Source of the DNA: an uncultured delta proteobacterium
Lineage (GTDB): Bacteria; Desulfobacterota; Syntrophia; Syntrophales; UBA2185
DNA: 64,000 nt
Direction: 5' to 3'
Assembly: GCA_963695875.1 (NCBI GenBank)
Contig: CAVOID010000011.1
Span: 96,001-160,000 of the forward strand
Part shown: piece by piece, positions 19,612 through 31,743 of the stretch
Layout: each line of letters opens with the position of its first letter
Numbering within the stretch: position 1 is the first letter of the stretch
Notes under the pieces: generated by a model
Told to the model about the DNA's origin: nothing
What the model saw: the letters and a program-made list of their open reading frames with translations, nothing else
Databases searched by the model: none
Translations under genes and position numbers: made by a program

Positions 19612-20946
19612 ACCTATTAACCAGCCCGCTTTTGACCGATCTTTACCAGTTGACCATGATGCAGGGGTATGTGGACAGGGGTATGCACGAAGAGGCGGTC
19701 TTTGAGTTTTATGTCCGCAGCCTGCCAAAAGCCCGCGGTTTCCTCGTATCGGCCGGTCTTGAAACGCTGCTTACATATCTGGAAGGTTTGCGATTCTCTG
19801 AAGAGGAACTAAAATACATTGCAGGTACGGGCAGGTTTTCGAAAGCCCTCTTGGATTACCTGGCAAAATTCCGCTTCCGCGGTGATGTTTACGCCATGCC
19901 GGAGGGGACGGTCTTTTTTTGAAAATGAACCTGTGGTGCGCGTTGTCGCCTCCATGCCGGAGGCGCAACTCATCGAGACCCGCCTGATTAACATCCTGCA
20001 TTTCGAGATCCTTATTGCAAGCAAAGCGGCCCGTTGCATCTTAGCAGCGGACGACAGGGCCATTCTGGTTGATTTCGGACTGCGACGGGCGCATGGTGCT
20101 GAAGCAGGCCTCCTGGCGGCCCGTGCCTCATACATTGCCGGATTTGCAGGGACGTCAACCGTATTGGCAGAATCCCTCTTTGGGATACCGATATCCGGAA
20201 CGATGGCCCATTCCTATGTTGAGGCTCATGAAAATGAATTGGAGGCGTTTCTAAGTTTCGGCGAGTCAAATCCTAATAATACAACCCTTCTTATTGATAC
20301 GTACGATGTCCACAAAGGTGCAGAAAAAGCAGTTGAGGCGGCAAAAAAACTAAAGGAAAGAGGAATAAATGTTCGCGCTGTGCGCCTCGATAGCGGTGAT
20401 TTGCTTGCCCTGTCAAAGGATGTCCGCCAGATCCTTGACCGCGGTGGTTTGACAGACGTCCGTATCTTCGCCAGCGGCAATCTTGATGAATACCTCATCT
20501 ACGATCTAATGTCCCAGGGAGCGCCGATTAACGGCTTTGGCGTAGGCACGAAGCTCGACACCTCCGAAGACGCGCCATACCTTGAATGTGCCTACAAACT
20601 AATGGAGTATGCGGGCACGCCCAGATTCAAAAAATCACAGGGAAAAGCCACCATCCCGGGACGCAAACAGGTCTTTCGCGAGTTCAAAGATAAAATGATG
20701 ATCAGGGATATTTTGACTACTGAAGGAGATGAGGCAGAGGGTGTCCCTCTTATTGAGAAGGTAATGAGCGGCGGCCGGAGGATATCCTGGCCTAAGGGTT
20801 TAAAAGAGATTGCAATGTATACCCGATCACAATTGAAATCTTTGCCTTCGCATTTCAAGGCCCTGGAAACAAAACCCGCGTATCCCGTTAAAATCTCTCC
20901 CGCGTTATCCAGACTCAAAAAAGAAATCGAGCGGCAGGAACGTTAA
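19608..20946 (+). CDS. pncB: Nicotinate phosphoribosyltransferase (indel in the T-run near 19915)
   Basis: LLTDLYQLTM, DFGLRRAHG, GTMAHS, IDTYD, VRLDSGD. Confidence 0.95.
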
Positions 20947-20964
20947 TAAAATTTCCTTCCCGGT

Positions 20965-22570
20965 CTATTTCTTTAAGTGACGCTGCAATGCCGCGTTAAT
21001 AAATTTACTGAACAGCGGATGGGGGTCAGTCGGCCGTGATTTAAATTCGGGATGAAACTGGCATCCCAGAAACCACGGGTGGTCTTTGATCTCCACAATC
21101 TCAACCAGACGGCCGATCGGGAGATGTTCCTGTAATATGGAGCCCCTTTTCCACAAGGATATCCCTGAATTTGTTGTTTACTTCATAGCGATGTCTGTGT
21201 CTTTCACTGATTTCACTGATACCGTAAGCATCAAAGGCGAATGATTCATTCTCTAAAAGGCAGCTATAGGCCCCCAGTCTCATGGACGCGCCCATTTCCG
21301 TAATACTCCTCTGCTCGGGCAGAAAATCGATCACCGGATACGGTGTCTCCTGGTCAAATTCGGAACTGTTTGCTTTTTCAAGGTTGCACACATGCCGGGC
21401 AAATTCCACAACGGCAAGCTGCATCCCCAGACAAATGCCGAAATACGGGATGCGATGCTCACGGGCATATTGAATAGCGGTAATCATCCCCTCGATGCCC
21501 CTCTCTCCGAATCCGCCGGGTACAAGGATGCCGTCGGCACCGTCCAGATGGTGGTCGAGTCCTTCCTTTTCAATCTTTTCCGAATCGACGAAACGCAGGT
21601 TTACCCGGCAGTTGTTGGCGATGCCCCCATGCACCAAAGCCTCATTCAGGCTCTTGTAGGAATCAGTCAGGTTTACATACTTGCCCACTATGGCGATGCG
21701 CACTTCATTGGTGGGATGCTTAATCTTACTTACCACTTCCTCCCATGCCTCGAAGTGGGGCCGGCCTGTCCATATGTTTAAGAGTTCTACAATCTTTTCA
21801 TCCACTCCCTCTTTATGAAAAACGAGGGGCACTTCGTAGATGCAGCTTACATCCTTTGCCGTAAATACGGCAGCGACTTCTACATTGCAGAAAAGAGCAA
21901 TTTTAGCCTTGATATCTTCCGAGAGAAAATCTTCCGTGCGGCACAACAGGATATCCGGCTGAATACCGATTTCGCGCAGGGCCTTGACACTGTGCTGGGT
22001 CGGTTTTGTTTTAACTTCCCCGGCAGTCTTAATGTAAGGGACCCAAGTCAGGTGGATGAATATGGCGTTTTCCTTTCCTGCTTCATTGCGAAATTGTCTG
22101 ATCGCTTCCAGGAAGGGCAGGCTCTCAATATCCCCGACAGTTCCACCGACTTCAATGATAGCAACATCGAAGCCGCTGGCACAGCTCTTGATAAAATCTT
22201 TGATTTCATCGGTAACATGAGGGATAACCTGCACCGTCTTTCCCAGATAGTCACCCCTCCTTTCTTTTGTAATCACTGAAAAATATACCTGACCTGATGT
22301 TAGGTTGTTGCATTTCCCCATCCGGGTAGAGGTAAACCGTTCATAGTGCCCCAAATCCAGATCTGTTTCCGCACCGTCATCGGTCACAAAGACCTCGCCG
22401 TGCTGAAAGGGGCTTAGTGTTCCCGGATCGACATTAATGTATGGATCCAGCTTTTGATTGGTAACCCTGAGACCCCGGCATTCAAGAAGGGCTGCCATTG
22501 AGGCTGCCGCCAGTCCTTTACCGAGGGAAGAAAGAACACCACCGGTTACAAAAATAAATTTTGTCTTCAT
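20965..22570 (-). CDS. pyrG: CTP synthase (indel near 21110)
   Basis: [41 protein letters not shown]. Confidence 0.97.
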
Positions 22571-22633
22571 TGCTACTCCTTATTGTCCCCCTCTGGAGGG
22601 GGTGCAGGGGGAGGTTCTATACTTTTCCTTACT

Positions 22634-25600
22634 TTACGTACGAGAGTTGCTTCTGCCCTCTTCTACAGATTTTCTTATCTGACCGGCAATTACCTCTGCC
22701 GGTTCACCTAAAAGAACTCCGGTAGAAATGGTTTCCAGATAAAGGTCATCCCATGGGAGATTGTATTCGTTTATGATATTGCGGATGTCGTTATACTGGT
22801 AGCCCAAGACCTCTTTCTTTTCCTTCACAGAAAGTGCATCGTTAAATTCTATATGGATCAGAAGCAGGTTCTGTACGCCTCCCCTGTCTCCAAGAAGGGG
22901 AATAATGATTATGGAAGCGCTGTCAGATTTTCCCCGGCCTACGTAAATATGGCCGGTACTTACAATTGTCCTTTTGGTTCCCATCAAAAAATTCGAGCTT
23001 TCAGCCCTTGATTTCATCTTAAGGGAAATGCCCCCACGTTTCCCGATCTTAATTGTTGAGGTATCCACAGGATTTCCTTCAACGTCCAGGTTATTTATAT
23101 CATAGAGTGTATAACCGCTTATGGTGGCAATGGCCGGTTGAATCCTCGTTATAGTCAATACATTTTTGGTGACAAGGGATTTCATGGAAAATTCCAGTTC
23201 CCGCAAGAGGTTGAAGATAATACCCCGGATAGGCTGATCCTTTCTGCTCGTTCCGACTGTCACTGTTTTGGCCTGATGTCTGATAGCATCAATCGGTCTG
23301 GAAAGTTCATCTATGGAATGGCCGATAGAAATGTCAAGGAGCTCTATCGGAGAGGAAAGGCCCTCTTCTCTCTTGAAATCGCGCCAGTAGTCTTCGAGCG
23401 GCAGCTTCCCGGCGGCATACTTAAGAAGAAGAACTATATCGGATATCGTATTCACACTGGTGAACGAGAAGGCTCCATCACCCCTTTTTTGATTGAACTC
23501 GGTCGAAAAGTCCCTGACTATTCTCCGGTAATTTCTGTCAGCAATTCTTTCGTAAATGGAATAGCTCTTCTTTTCATGCTCCGACATTATCTGATTAAGC
23601 TGGCTTCTGAATTCCCTCAGAAACACGGCATCTTCGTTAATACTGCAGGCAGCATAATAACCCCATAGATGCCCGGCCAGGGTATTGAGGATTACCGGCA
23701 GGGGCATTGGTGCTCTGGGTATCTCAATCACCGCATCGGCAACGCTGTTGAACCGATCATCTCCCTCATCGGCAAAAACGACGACCCCTGCCCTGTGGGC
23801 CTTGAAGATTGCCACATCTTTTACAATGTCACCTGTTACGGTTTCCGGACTACCGGCAGCACAGACTATGATGAGGGGTTCAGCAGACAGGTCAATGTGC
23901 TTCTTGTTTTCTATAAAATCCGATGATATCGTCTTATAACAGAGCTCGCTCAACTTGATCCTGATTTCATCGGCTGCCGCCTTGTTAGGCCCGCTTCCTA
24001 CGACAGCCCAGTACTTCCTCTGCTTTGCCAGCCGCTCGACGGATTGGCTGATCTGCCCTCTTTTCTCAATGACCCTGTTCATCATGTTAGGCGCCTGTTC
24101 CAGGTTGAGAAGTTCATCGGCGATAACATCATCGGAGACATTCTGAAGAAGCTGGGCCAAGCACAATGCCAGGACGTGACCGGCTACGACCTGGGAGTAG
24201 AAAGCCTTGGTTGAAGCCACAGACATCTCAATGTCCCTGCCGTCACTCGTGTAAAAAACACCGTTTGCCTTGCTGGTTATGTCGGACTGCCTCCTGTTGA
24301 CAATGGCGATGACCGTCGCGCCCCTTTCCGCGGCCATTGCTACGGCACGATTGGTGTCCGTCGTTGTACCAGACTGTGTTATGGGGATTACCAGGGTATC
24401 TTTCAGGTCATCCTCCAGAAAAAATCCGCTCAGCTCGGATGCAACTTTGGCTTCAATTATGATGTGCGTTCCTTTAAGATATCTTGTGAGGCCGTCGGTA
24501 ACCGCCTCACCCGCAATAGCAGCGGTGCCGTGACCTATGACGATTATCTTCCTGATGTCACCGTGGGTGAGGGCATGTCTGAATTTTTCCGGTATAATGT
24601 CCTCGCCAAGATTGAATATAACTGAATATCTCCCATTTTCTTTTTTTAAGATTCTGTACTTGCCGCGTAATGTCTTTTTTACTGAAAGTGTCGATTCGGA
24701 GATTTCTTTCAGGAAATAGTGCGGATTCTCACCCCGATCGATATCACGGGTGGTGATTTCCGCTTTCTTTACGGAATCAGCTCCCATACTCAACGCCGAT
24801 CCGTCATAGAAAAGGGCTTTAATCCCCGAAACACCCCCTTGCGAGTCTTGGTCAAGGATGAAGATCTGGCCTGACGTTTCAGGGGCATCAGGCGTGGCTG
24901 GTCTTTTCACCGTCCATTTTAAGAAAAAACGGGGTCCCTTCTACAAGACCGTAGAGTTCTGATGAAAATATATACTGGTCAGGGGCAATGCCTACATAAA
25001 TAGATTGGCCGCTCCCCTTGAGGGCAAGAAATATTTTCCCGGGCTCCGTATTACTGACCATGGCAATGGCATGGGAGCCTTCAAAGTCATTCACGGCCAA
25101 TCTGAACGCCTCCGCCAGATCATGCCCCTCTAACAGATGCTTTTCGATTTGCAGGGGAATGATCTTCGTATCCGTCGTAATATGCGAAGCAATAAGGTCT
25201 CCCCCTTTCTCAAGGTCATTTCGAAGGGATTGATAATTATCGATGTCCCCATTAAGAACAACGCTGATGACCCAGTTTCCCTCGCCGTAAAAGGGGTAGG
25301 GTTTTTTGATTTCGGGCCACGTCGCGCCCTGAGGGGCGATATTTCTGCCAAGGGTAAAATTATTGACCGGATGGCAGTTATCGTCAGTAATGGAACCTAC
25401 CGATGCCCATCTTGTATGGGATATGAATGTCTCAAAATCCGTCTTCTTGTCCGGCAAATTCGTAGAATATACGATCCTGGGATATAAATTTCCTCAGGTC
25501 CCGGACATTTTGACCCAGTTCACCGATGATGGAAGATGTCTTATATACAAAAGACAGAGCAGTTCCTTTGCCCTGCGAATTGTTCGATAGTCGGGTTTCA

Positions 25601-26433
25601 GAGGAAATACAGATAGAACCGTTCTGCAAATCACAGGCCTTGATTCTCTTTGAAAAATCTTCGTACAGGCCTTTCTCTTTGAGTACCTTCAAAATCTCCT
25701 CAAGGGCAGCGCCGTTACGGAATGTTAAATGATATCTGGATGCCGGCTGAATCCCGTCCCCTGACCTCCAGCCTGTCGATACAATTCAGGAGAAAATTGA
25801 TCTTCTTATATTTCTTAAATAGCTCCGGGGATATTTCATCGACTCCACCTGCACCCGTCAACCTTACAATTCTGCCGACATTATCGAGAATGTCTTTTTC
25901 AAGACCCCATATAATATCCTTCATCAGGATATGCCTGCTGTTTATCGTTTCCATGTCGCCTGTTGAAAAGTTGCCGGCGTTTTCTTCAAGGCACTTTTCC
26001 TCTTCACCAAAAAATGCCTTCATTTCTTCAGCAAAGTCTGAAAGTTGCAGGGTCTTGTGGGGATTGAAAAAAATGTCCTGGAAGACAATATCTGTCTTTA
26101 ACTTAAGAATTGCTTCTTCCATCTCCACCAAATACTCATCACCGCCCAGACTCTGAGCCGGTGTGATGGCGCCGGAAAGCAGCGCCTTCATTCCATTGTT
26201 CCTGATTTCCCTGAAGAGCCGGATAAGCTTTTCAATAAGATCACGCCCCTCATTCTTTTCACTCCCCTTTATGGTCAGGATACCGGCAAACCCGCAGCAA
26301 ACTGACATCAGGAATCAAGGGGAAGAAAACAATCGAGTACGGTGACGCTTTATGTACATCGATCCCAATATATATCTTCCATTTCTTTAAATAACTAATT
26401 GGTCTTAAGTACCATCTGTTTAAACATACTCAT
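22634..26433 (-). CDS. Very long glutamine amidotransferase class-II + SIS (GlmS-like) protein, split by several indels; start approximate
   Basis: CCGFAGIL, DRLEVRGRDSAG, SHTRWASVG, NGDIDN, TDTKI, ITQSGTTTDT, VASTKAF. Confidence 0.8.
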
Positions 26434-26460
26434 ATACGGTTTATAGTTCCTTTCAATTCC

Positions 26461-27729
26461 TTATGCCGCCGTTATCTGAAAGATGGCATATGGTCTAATG
26501 CTGCATTGGTGACATGATCCACAATATTTTGCAGCCAGGCCGTCCCCAGGACTGATGCATCTTTGTCCAAGGCCCTGTATGACTTTTATGTAATCGTTAT
26601 TATCCTTGATTCTGTCATGAATTATCCTGACAAATTCATCCCGGTTTTTCAGATCAACGGTCTTTTCCATGCCTTCGGTAAAAGTTGCCTCAAGCTTTGG
26701 CCAATTTTCTCTGAATTCCTTCTTTTGCCTGAAAAGACTTTCCTTTCCTTCTTTCCTCAAAACATTAACACCCAGTTCAATGGACATTTCCATTTTTTCA
26801 GAGAGGATTTTGAATCTTTTCAATCTCTCCTCAATGGCAATTTCCAGCTTATCCATTGCCCCGGCATACAGTTCGGAACCCATATCCTGGATCTGGAAAA
26901 ATGCTCGTCGGACATGGAAGTACCACTGTCTGAGGGCTAAGAGGTTGGCAAGGTAGCAGATGTTGTTATAGACCCGGTGCTTAATGTTTCCGTAAGAGCC
27001 TGCATGAAAGAAGTTTTCACTCGCGGTAGCTTCTTTTTCGGCAACAAGCCTCCCCATTTCAGTACAGTCCCTCCGGCAAACTGTTCCCGCAGCAATGACG
27101 GTACCATAGCCGATTCTGACAGGGCCAACCATGCCTCCCTGACCTCCCAGAAAAATAGGCGGTTGGTTAAGCATGACTCCTCTGGGGACATCGCCGATAA
27201 GAGAAGGTGTGGCTTTATCCTGATGCGGTGTATAATTGAAATGTATATATGAACTGCCCACTTCGCTGTGATTTTTCCGGCTTGTTCCGCCTGCCATTAA
27301 ACAGTCACAAAAGTTAATGAGGCTGCCGAGCGTCACAAATGGGAAAAGGATGGTTTGCTTTAGTCCGACTGTATGATTTGCATTCGCCTCTTCTTCTAAT
27401 ATGCATCCTTCCCTGACCTGCGCACCACTTGCCACATTCGCCTTTTCAAGAAAGACCGATGATTTGAAAAATCCCCCTTTCAGTTCCACATGTGGTCCAA
27501 TCTGGCAATCAACGATGGTGGCCGGCGCTTCATATCCCAGGTTTGTCCCCTGAGAAATCAAGGTTTTTGCCCCATAAATCCTGGTTCCGGGATAAAGTTT
27601 TACACCGGCACTGGAAATTCTGTCGAGGTTTATTTCATCTCCGATGTCTATAGAAAAAGGGTTGGGAATATTGACCCCCTTTTCCATCAGTTCAAGCACT
27701 TTATCTGACAAATTATTTCTTGTTTTCAC
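26461..27729 (-). CDS. GlmU-like left-handed beta-helix protein lacking the N-terminal nucleotidyltransferase domain
   Basis: Hexapeptide repeats; LMEKGVNIPNP start resembles the GlmU linker; SLINFCD and HFNY motifs. Confidence 0.7.
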   Translation of the reverse strand: MKTRNNLSDKVLELMEKGVNIPNPFSIDIGDEINLDRISSAGVKLYPGTRIYGAKTLISQGTNLGYEAPATIVDCQIGPHVELKGGFFKSSVFLEKANVASGAQVREGCILEEEANANHTVGLKQTILFPFVTLGSLINFCDCLMAGGTSRKNHSEVGSSYIHFNYTPHQDKATPSLIGDVPRGVMLNQPPIFLGGQGGMVGPVRIGYGTVIAAGTVCRRDCTEMGRLVAEKEATASENFFHAGSYGNIKHRVYNNICYLANLLALRQWYFHVRRAFFQIQDMGSELYAGAMDKLEIAIEERLKRFKILSEKMEMSIELGVNVLRKEGKESLFRQKKEFRENWPKLEATFTEGMEKTVDLKNRDEFVRIIHDRIKDNNDYIKVIQGLGQRCISPGDGLAAKYCGSCHQCSIRPYAIFQITAA

Positions 27730-28027
27730 ATTTGATGCCGAGTTTGGCCATTTTTTTCTGGAATGTATTTCTGTTGATTCCGAGGTAATTGGCTGCTGAA
27801 CTTTTCACATTACCGTTACGTTCGAGGGCAATCCGGAAAAGACTCCTTTCAAACATGGCTAATACGTCTTCGTATAATCTGCTTTTTCTTTTTTTTCCAT
27901 CACCGGCCGAACAGAGGAGCGTAGCAATGTCTCTGAGCCTCTTTTCTATAGTCTCTTCAACAATGGAAGACGGCTTTGCCTGAATTCGTTCATCCACAAC
28001 TATAGATTCTTGTTTTTTGCGTTTCAT
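27713..28027 (-). CDS. Fis-family HTH protein
   Basis: ALERNGNVKSSAANYLGINRNTFQKKM. Confidence 0.85.
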   Translation of the reverse strand: MKRKKQESIVVDERIQAKPSSIVEETIEKRLRDIATLLCSAGDGKKRKSRLYEDVLAMFERSLFRIALERNGNVKSSAANYLGINRNTFQKKMAKLGIKCENKK

Positions 28028-28070
28028 AATAGCCGGGAACCCTTTCTTGATGCTTTATTGTGAAGAGTGC

Positions 28071-28589
28071 TTAAGAGGAAAACAATTTAATAGCTATAAT
28101 TCCTGCGAGGACTAATGCTGTAAACCATGTCATGACGATATCTGATATATTTTTTACAGGATGTTCAATCTGTTTCCTGACTTCTTCTTCCACTTTTTCC
28201 TTGTCCATGTGGTCGGCAACATCCCGGACCAGAGTGGAGAATTTTTCATATGCATTAGAAATGATATAGAATCCCTTTACTGTAGTCAACAGGAGATATA
28301 CTCTTTTTCGGAGGATCAAAGCGCCGACATGTGTGATATCTTCCCAGCGGAGTTCCTTATTTCGCAGGAATTTCCTGATCATAATGCCCTGATCTCCCGT
28401 TAGCACCTTCCGGGACAGGGATTCAAAAAAAACACAAAGAACAGGTATAAAAATGACGGAGAGCGCGATCTTTTCTAAATTAGAACTTCTCAGGTAGAAA
28501 GAAAGTAGAAGAAGAAAAAAAAGAAGAATAAAATCAATAGAAAAAGAAAATAAAAACGATCTTCTAATCTTATAAATGTTTTGATACAT
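28071..28589 (-). CDS. Membrane protein with bacterial PH-like domain
   Basis: Two N-terminal TM helices, GIMIRKFLRNKELRWEDI, C-terminal TM helix. Confidence 0.7.
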   Translation of the reverse strand: MYQNIYKIRRSFLFSFSIDFILLFFLLLLSFYLRSSNLEKIALSVIFIPVLCVFFESLSRKVLTGDQGIMIRKFLRNKELRWEDITHVGALILRKRVYLLLTTVKGFYIISNAYEKFSTLVRDVADHMDKEKVEEEVRKQIEHPVKNISDIVMTWFTALVLAGIIAIKLFSS

Positions 28590-28634
28590 GTTATGCTTTA
28601 AAGGCAGTGTAATACTAACCTGCCAGCCTCTCAT

Positions 28635-29114
28635 TCATACATCTCTGACAAAGGAACCGCTTTTACCGCCATGCTTTGAGATTAATTTGATGTCGGTAAG
28701 TACGATTTTTTTATCTGCAGATTTACACATATCGTAAATTGTCAGGGCTGCCACACTGACAGCCGTCATAGCCTCCATCTCCACGCCAGTTCTGCCCACA
28801 TTTTTCACTCTTGCTTCAATGGTAATTTCACCCAGATCTGCATTACTTGTAAAGGCGATGTCAACACCGGTCAGTTCTAAAGGATGGCACATAGGAATCA
28901 TTTCGCTTGTCTTCTTGGCTGCCATGATTCCTGCAATCTTTGCGACACCGAAAACATCACCCTTGGGTATTTCTCCCTTCTCGATGAGAGACAATGTATC
29001 CCGGCTCATCAGAACCTTCCCCTGTGCAACCGCTTCCCTTGAGGATGCCTTCTTTGCCGTCACATCAACCATCCTGGCCTTGCCCTTTTCATCAATGTGG
29101 GAAAATTTGGTCAT
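28635..29114 (-). CDS. moaC: Cyclic pyranopterin monophosphate synthase MoaC
   Basis: ARMVDV, IPMCHP, TGVEMEAM, YDMCK, GGKSG. Confidence 0.97.
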   Translation of the reverse strand: MTKFSHIDEKGKARMVDVTAKKASSREAVAQGKVLMSRDTLSLIEKGEIPKGDVFGVAKIAGIMAAKKTSEMIPMCHPLELTGVDIAFTSNADLGEITIEARVKNVGRTGVEMEAMTAVSVAALTIYDMCKSADKKIVLTDIKLISKHGGKSGSFVRDV

Positions 29115-29284
29115 GCGTACTCCTGAACCAGGTCGTGAGAAATTATGCCGAAATTAGCATAGCCCCTTTCCTTAAGTCAAGAACGTTAAACAAAACTTTT
29201 AGGAAAGAAATTCCTTGCTATAAGAAGACTTATTTTATAGTATTTTCGCCCACTCACAGAAAATATCCTTTTCCATTACTTTAA

Positions 29285-29463
29285 CAGGTTGTTGAAAAAC
29301 ACCTGTTTAAAAGCTGTTCAAAAATGCTTAGATGTAAGGCGCGCGGAAAACCGAATCACGAGGCGTATATAGATAGAAATACGGTGAGTGATAAGGTTTT
29401 GTGGCGCAACGCAGCAGACGCCGTCCCCGCAAAGGCGGGGATCAGCGTTTTTCAACAGCTGCT
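29285..29463. mobile_element. MITE with CAGG(C/T)TGTTGAAAAA-type ends and a nested REP hairpin
   Basis: caggttgttgaaaaac ... gtttttcaacagctg; homologous in reverse orientation to 47548-47692. Confidence 0.7.
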
Positions 29464-29486
29464 AAGAAAGTTTTCAGGAGCACTGT

Positions 29487-31016
29487 TTGATTGTAAAGAC
29501 AATAAGCAGCACTGTGATCGGCATAGATTCGTATCCAGTTGATGTGGAAGTGGATATCTCACCGGGCCTTCCTCAATTTTCTATAGTAGGACTCCCTGAT
29601 ACCGCAGTCAAGGAAAGTAAAGACAGGATCAAGGCTGCGATAAAAAATTCCGGCTACAGATTCCCCAGGAACCACGTTACCGTAAATCTGGCGCCTGCCG
29701 ACATTAAAAAAGAAGGTACCGGCTTTGATCTTCCCATTGCGGTAAGTATTTTGACAGGAGAAGCCTGTATTGAGGCAGAAGACCTTCTTGATTACACATT
29801 CATCGGAGAATTGTCTTTGGATGGAAGCGTCAAGGGAGTTGATGGTGTCCTTTCAGCCGCCCTTCTGGCAAACGAAATGGGGAGAAAAGGTATCATTATG
29901 GCAAGAGAAAATGCCGCTGAAGCGGCCATGGTGGAGTTTATCAGTGTCATACCTGTCGATACCCTTTCCGATGTAGTCGAATTTCTTAATGGCAGGAAGG
30001 CGATAGAGCCGTTAACGCTTGATGTAGCTGACATATTCGACAAATGTCTAAAATATCCTTTTGACTTCAGCGAAATTCGAGGACAGGAACATGCAAAAAG
30101 AGCCTTAGAAGTTGCCGCAGCCGGAGGCCATAATATTATCATGATCGGTCCTCCGGGTTCGGGGAAGACAATGCTTGCCCAGCGACTCTCGACTATACTT
30201 CCCGAAATGACTTTCACCGAAGCAATAGATGTTACGAAGATATTTTCCGTGGCCGGGCTGTTCAATAAAAGGGGCACCATTCTAGGGACAAGGCCGTTTC
30301 GGTCTCCTCACCATACGATTTCAGATGCCGGGCTTGTGGGAGGAGGTCACACCCCCAGACCGGGGGAAATCAGCCTTGCTCATCATGGGGTGTTGTTCCT
30401 CGATGAACTGCCGGAATTCAAGAGAAATGCCCTCGAGGCATTAAGACAACCTCTGGAGGATGGACATGTAACAATCACGAGGTCTTCCGTAACAGCCACT
30501 TATCCGTCAAGATTTATGCTCGTGGCGGCAATGAACCCCTGTCCATGCGGCTATTACAGCGACCAGACAAGGGTATGTCGATGTACACCGCAACAGATCC
30601 GACAGTACCAGGCAAGGATATCGGGGCCTCTTTTAGATCGAATAGATATTCACATCGAGGTCCCCTCTGTCAGGTATAAAGATCTCACGGGAAAGTCTTC
30701 CGGTGAATCCTCCGGTGCTATCAAGGAAAGAATAGAACGGGCAAGATTTATACAAAAAAAGAGGCTTGAGGGCCAGGACACGCAATTCAATGCCCGGATG
30801 TCCGACAAGCTGATTAAAGTGTTTTGTGACATCGATGAGGATTCTCAGAAGCTTATTGAGATGGCCATAGAAAAACTTGGGCTCTCAGCCCGGGCCTATA
30901 CCAAGATATTAAAAGTGGCCAGAACCATTGCTGATCTCGAAGAGGAAGATAAAATACTATCCAGCCATGTGGCCGAAGCCATTCAGTATAGAAACCTTGA
31001 TAGAAAGATGATTTGA
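29487..31016 (+). CDS. comM: ComM/YifB Mg-chelatase-like AAA+ helicase
   Basis: [59 protein letters not shown]. Confidence 0.95.
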   Translation: MIVKTISSTVIGIDSYPVDVEVDISPGLPQFSIVGLPDTAVKESKDRIKAAIKNSGYRFPRNHVTVNLAPADIKKEGTGFDLPIAVSILTGEACIEAEDLLDYTFIGELSLDGSVKGVDGVLSAALLANEMGRKGIIMARENAAEAAMVEFISVIPVDTLSDVVEFLNGRKAIEPLTLDVADIFDKCLKYPFDFSEIRGQEHAKRALEVAAAGGHNIIMIGPPGSGKTMLAQRLSTILPEMTFTEAIDVTKIFSVAGLFNKRGTILGTRPFRSPHHTISDAGLVGGGHTPRPGEISLAHHGVLFLDELPEFKRNALEALRQPLEDGHVTITRSSVTATYPSRFMLVAAMNPCPCGYYSDQTRVCRCTPQQIRQYQARISGPLLDRIDIHIEVPSVRYKDLTGKSSGESSGAIKERIERARFIQKKRLEGQDTQFNARMSDKLIKVFCDIDEDSQKLIEMAIEKLGLSARAYTKILKVARTIADLEEEDKILSSHVAEAIQYRNLDRKMI

Positions 31017-31060
31017 TATAAAAGAGGTGCGTCATATCATGATTGCAAATTCGATAATCT
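30904..31060 (+). repeat. comM 3'-end repeat, copy 1 (the end of the intact gene plus 44 bp downstream)
   Basis: 157 bp; 153/157 identical to 36642-36798. Confidence 0.95.
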
Positions 31061-31743
31061 AATTAAAACTAAACAGTTTTAAAGAAATAATTCTCTGATA
31101 CTATGACAAACATAGCATGACGTGTTCGGCATAGACAAAGCCGGGGGATTTTGAGTTTTATCCGATCCAAAATTCATGATAAATAGGAATAGCTTTCCCT
31201 ATTTATCAGTCTTTAATTTCAATGAAAGGATGACGCCTCTGCCGCTGAAGTCCCCGTATAGCGGCGTGAAATCTATATCATGGGTATCTTCACCAATTCG
31301 GTAATCTTTAACATATTGAGCCTCTTTATTTTCATACTTTCGTCAACAATTTTTGTTAAGCTGCCCTTGAAATAGTCAGAAAATTCATAGCCGATGGTAA
31401 TATTCTTGCTTCTGAGCCATTGTTTTCGCTAATTCTGCCATGGTTTCACTCTCCATTATCGTATCCTTAAATGTCTTCAAGTTTGTCTGTGAATTTTATT
31501 TTCAACCAGATCTTCAGAATATCCCGATTGTCGTTTTATCCTCGGACTTCTTAGAGGAGGAAAAGCATATTTATCAGTTCACCATGAAAAATGTGGTCTC
31601 TAAGCCGCGTAAATACTGATAAGTGCTCTTTGAAAAGTTCTATTTGTCGGGAGGAATAACTAAATCAAAAGTTGACTTCTATATATGGAACATATAAGAA
31701 AATACCAATTGTATCTTCCATCCCCTGAACAGGAGGTCGCCCT

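Noticed and set aside
31510..31619. Fragment LQNIPIVVLSS...VSKP resembling a response-regulator C-terminus
   Set aside because: Too short and without a start. At most a remnant, and not supportable as a gene.
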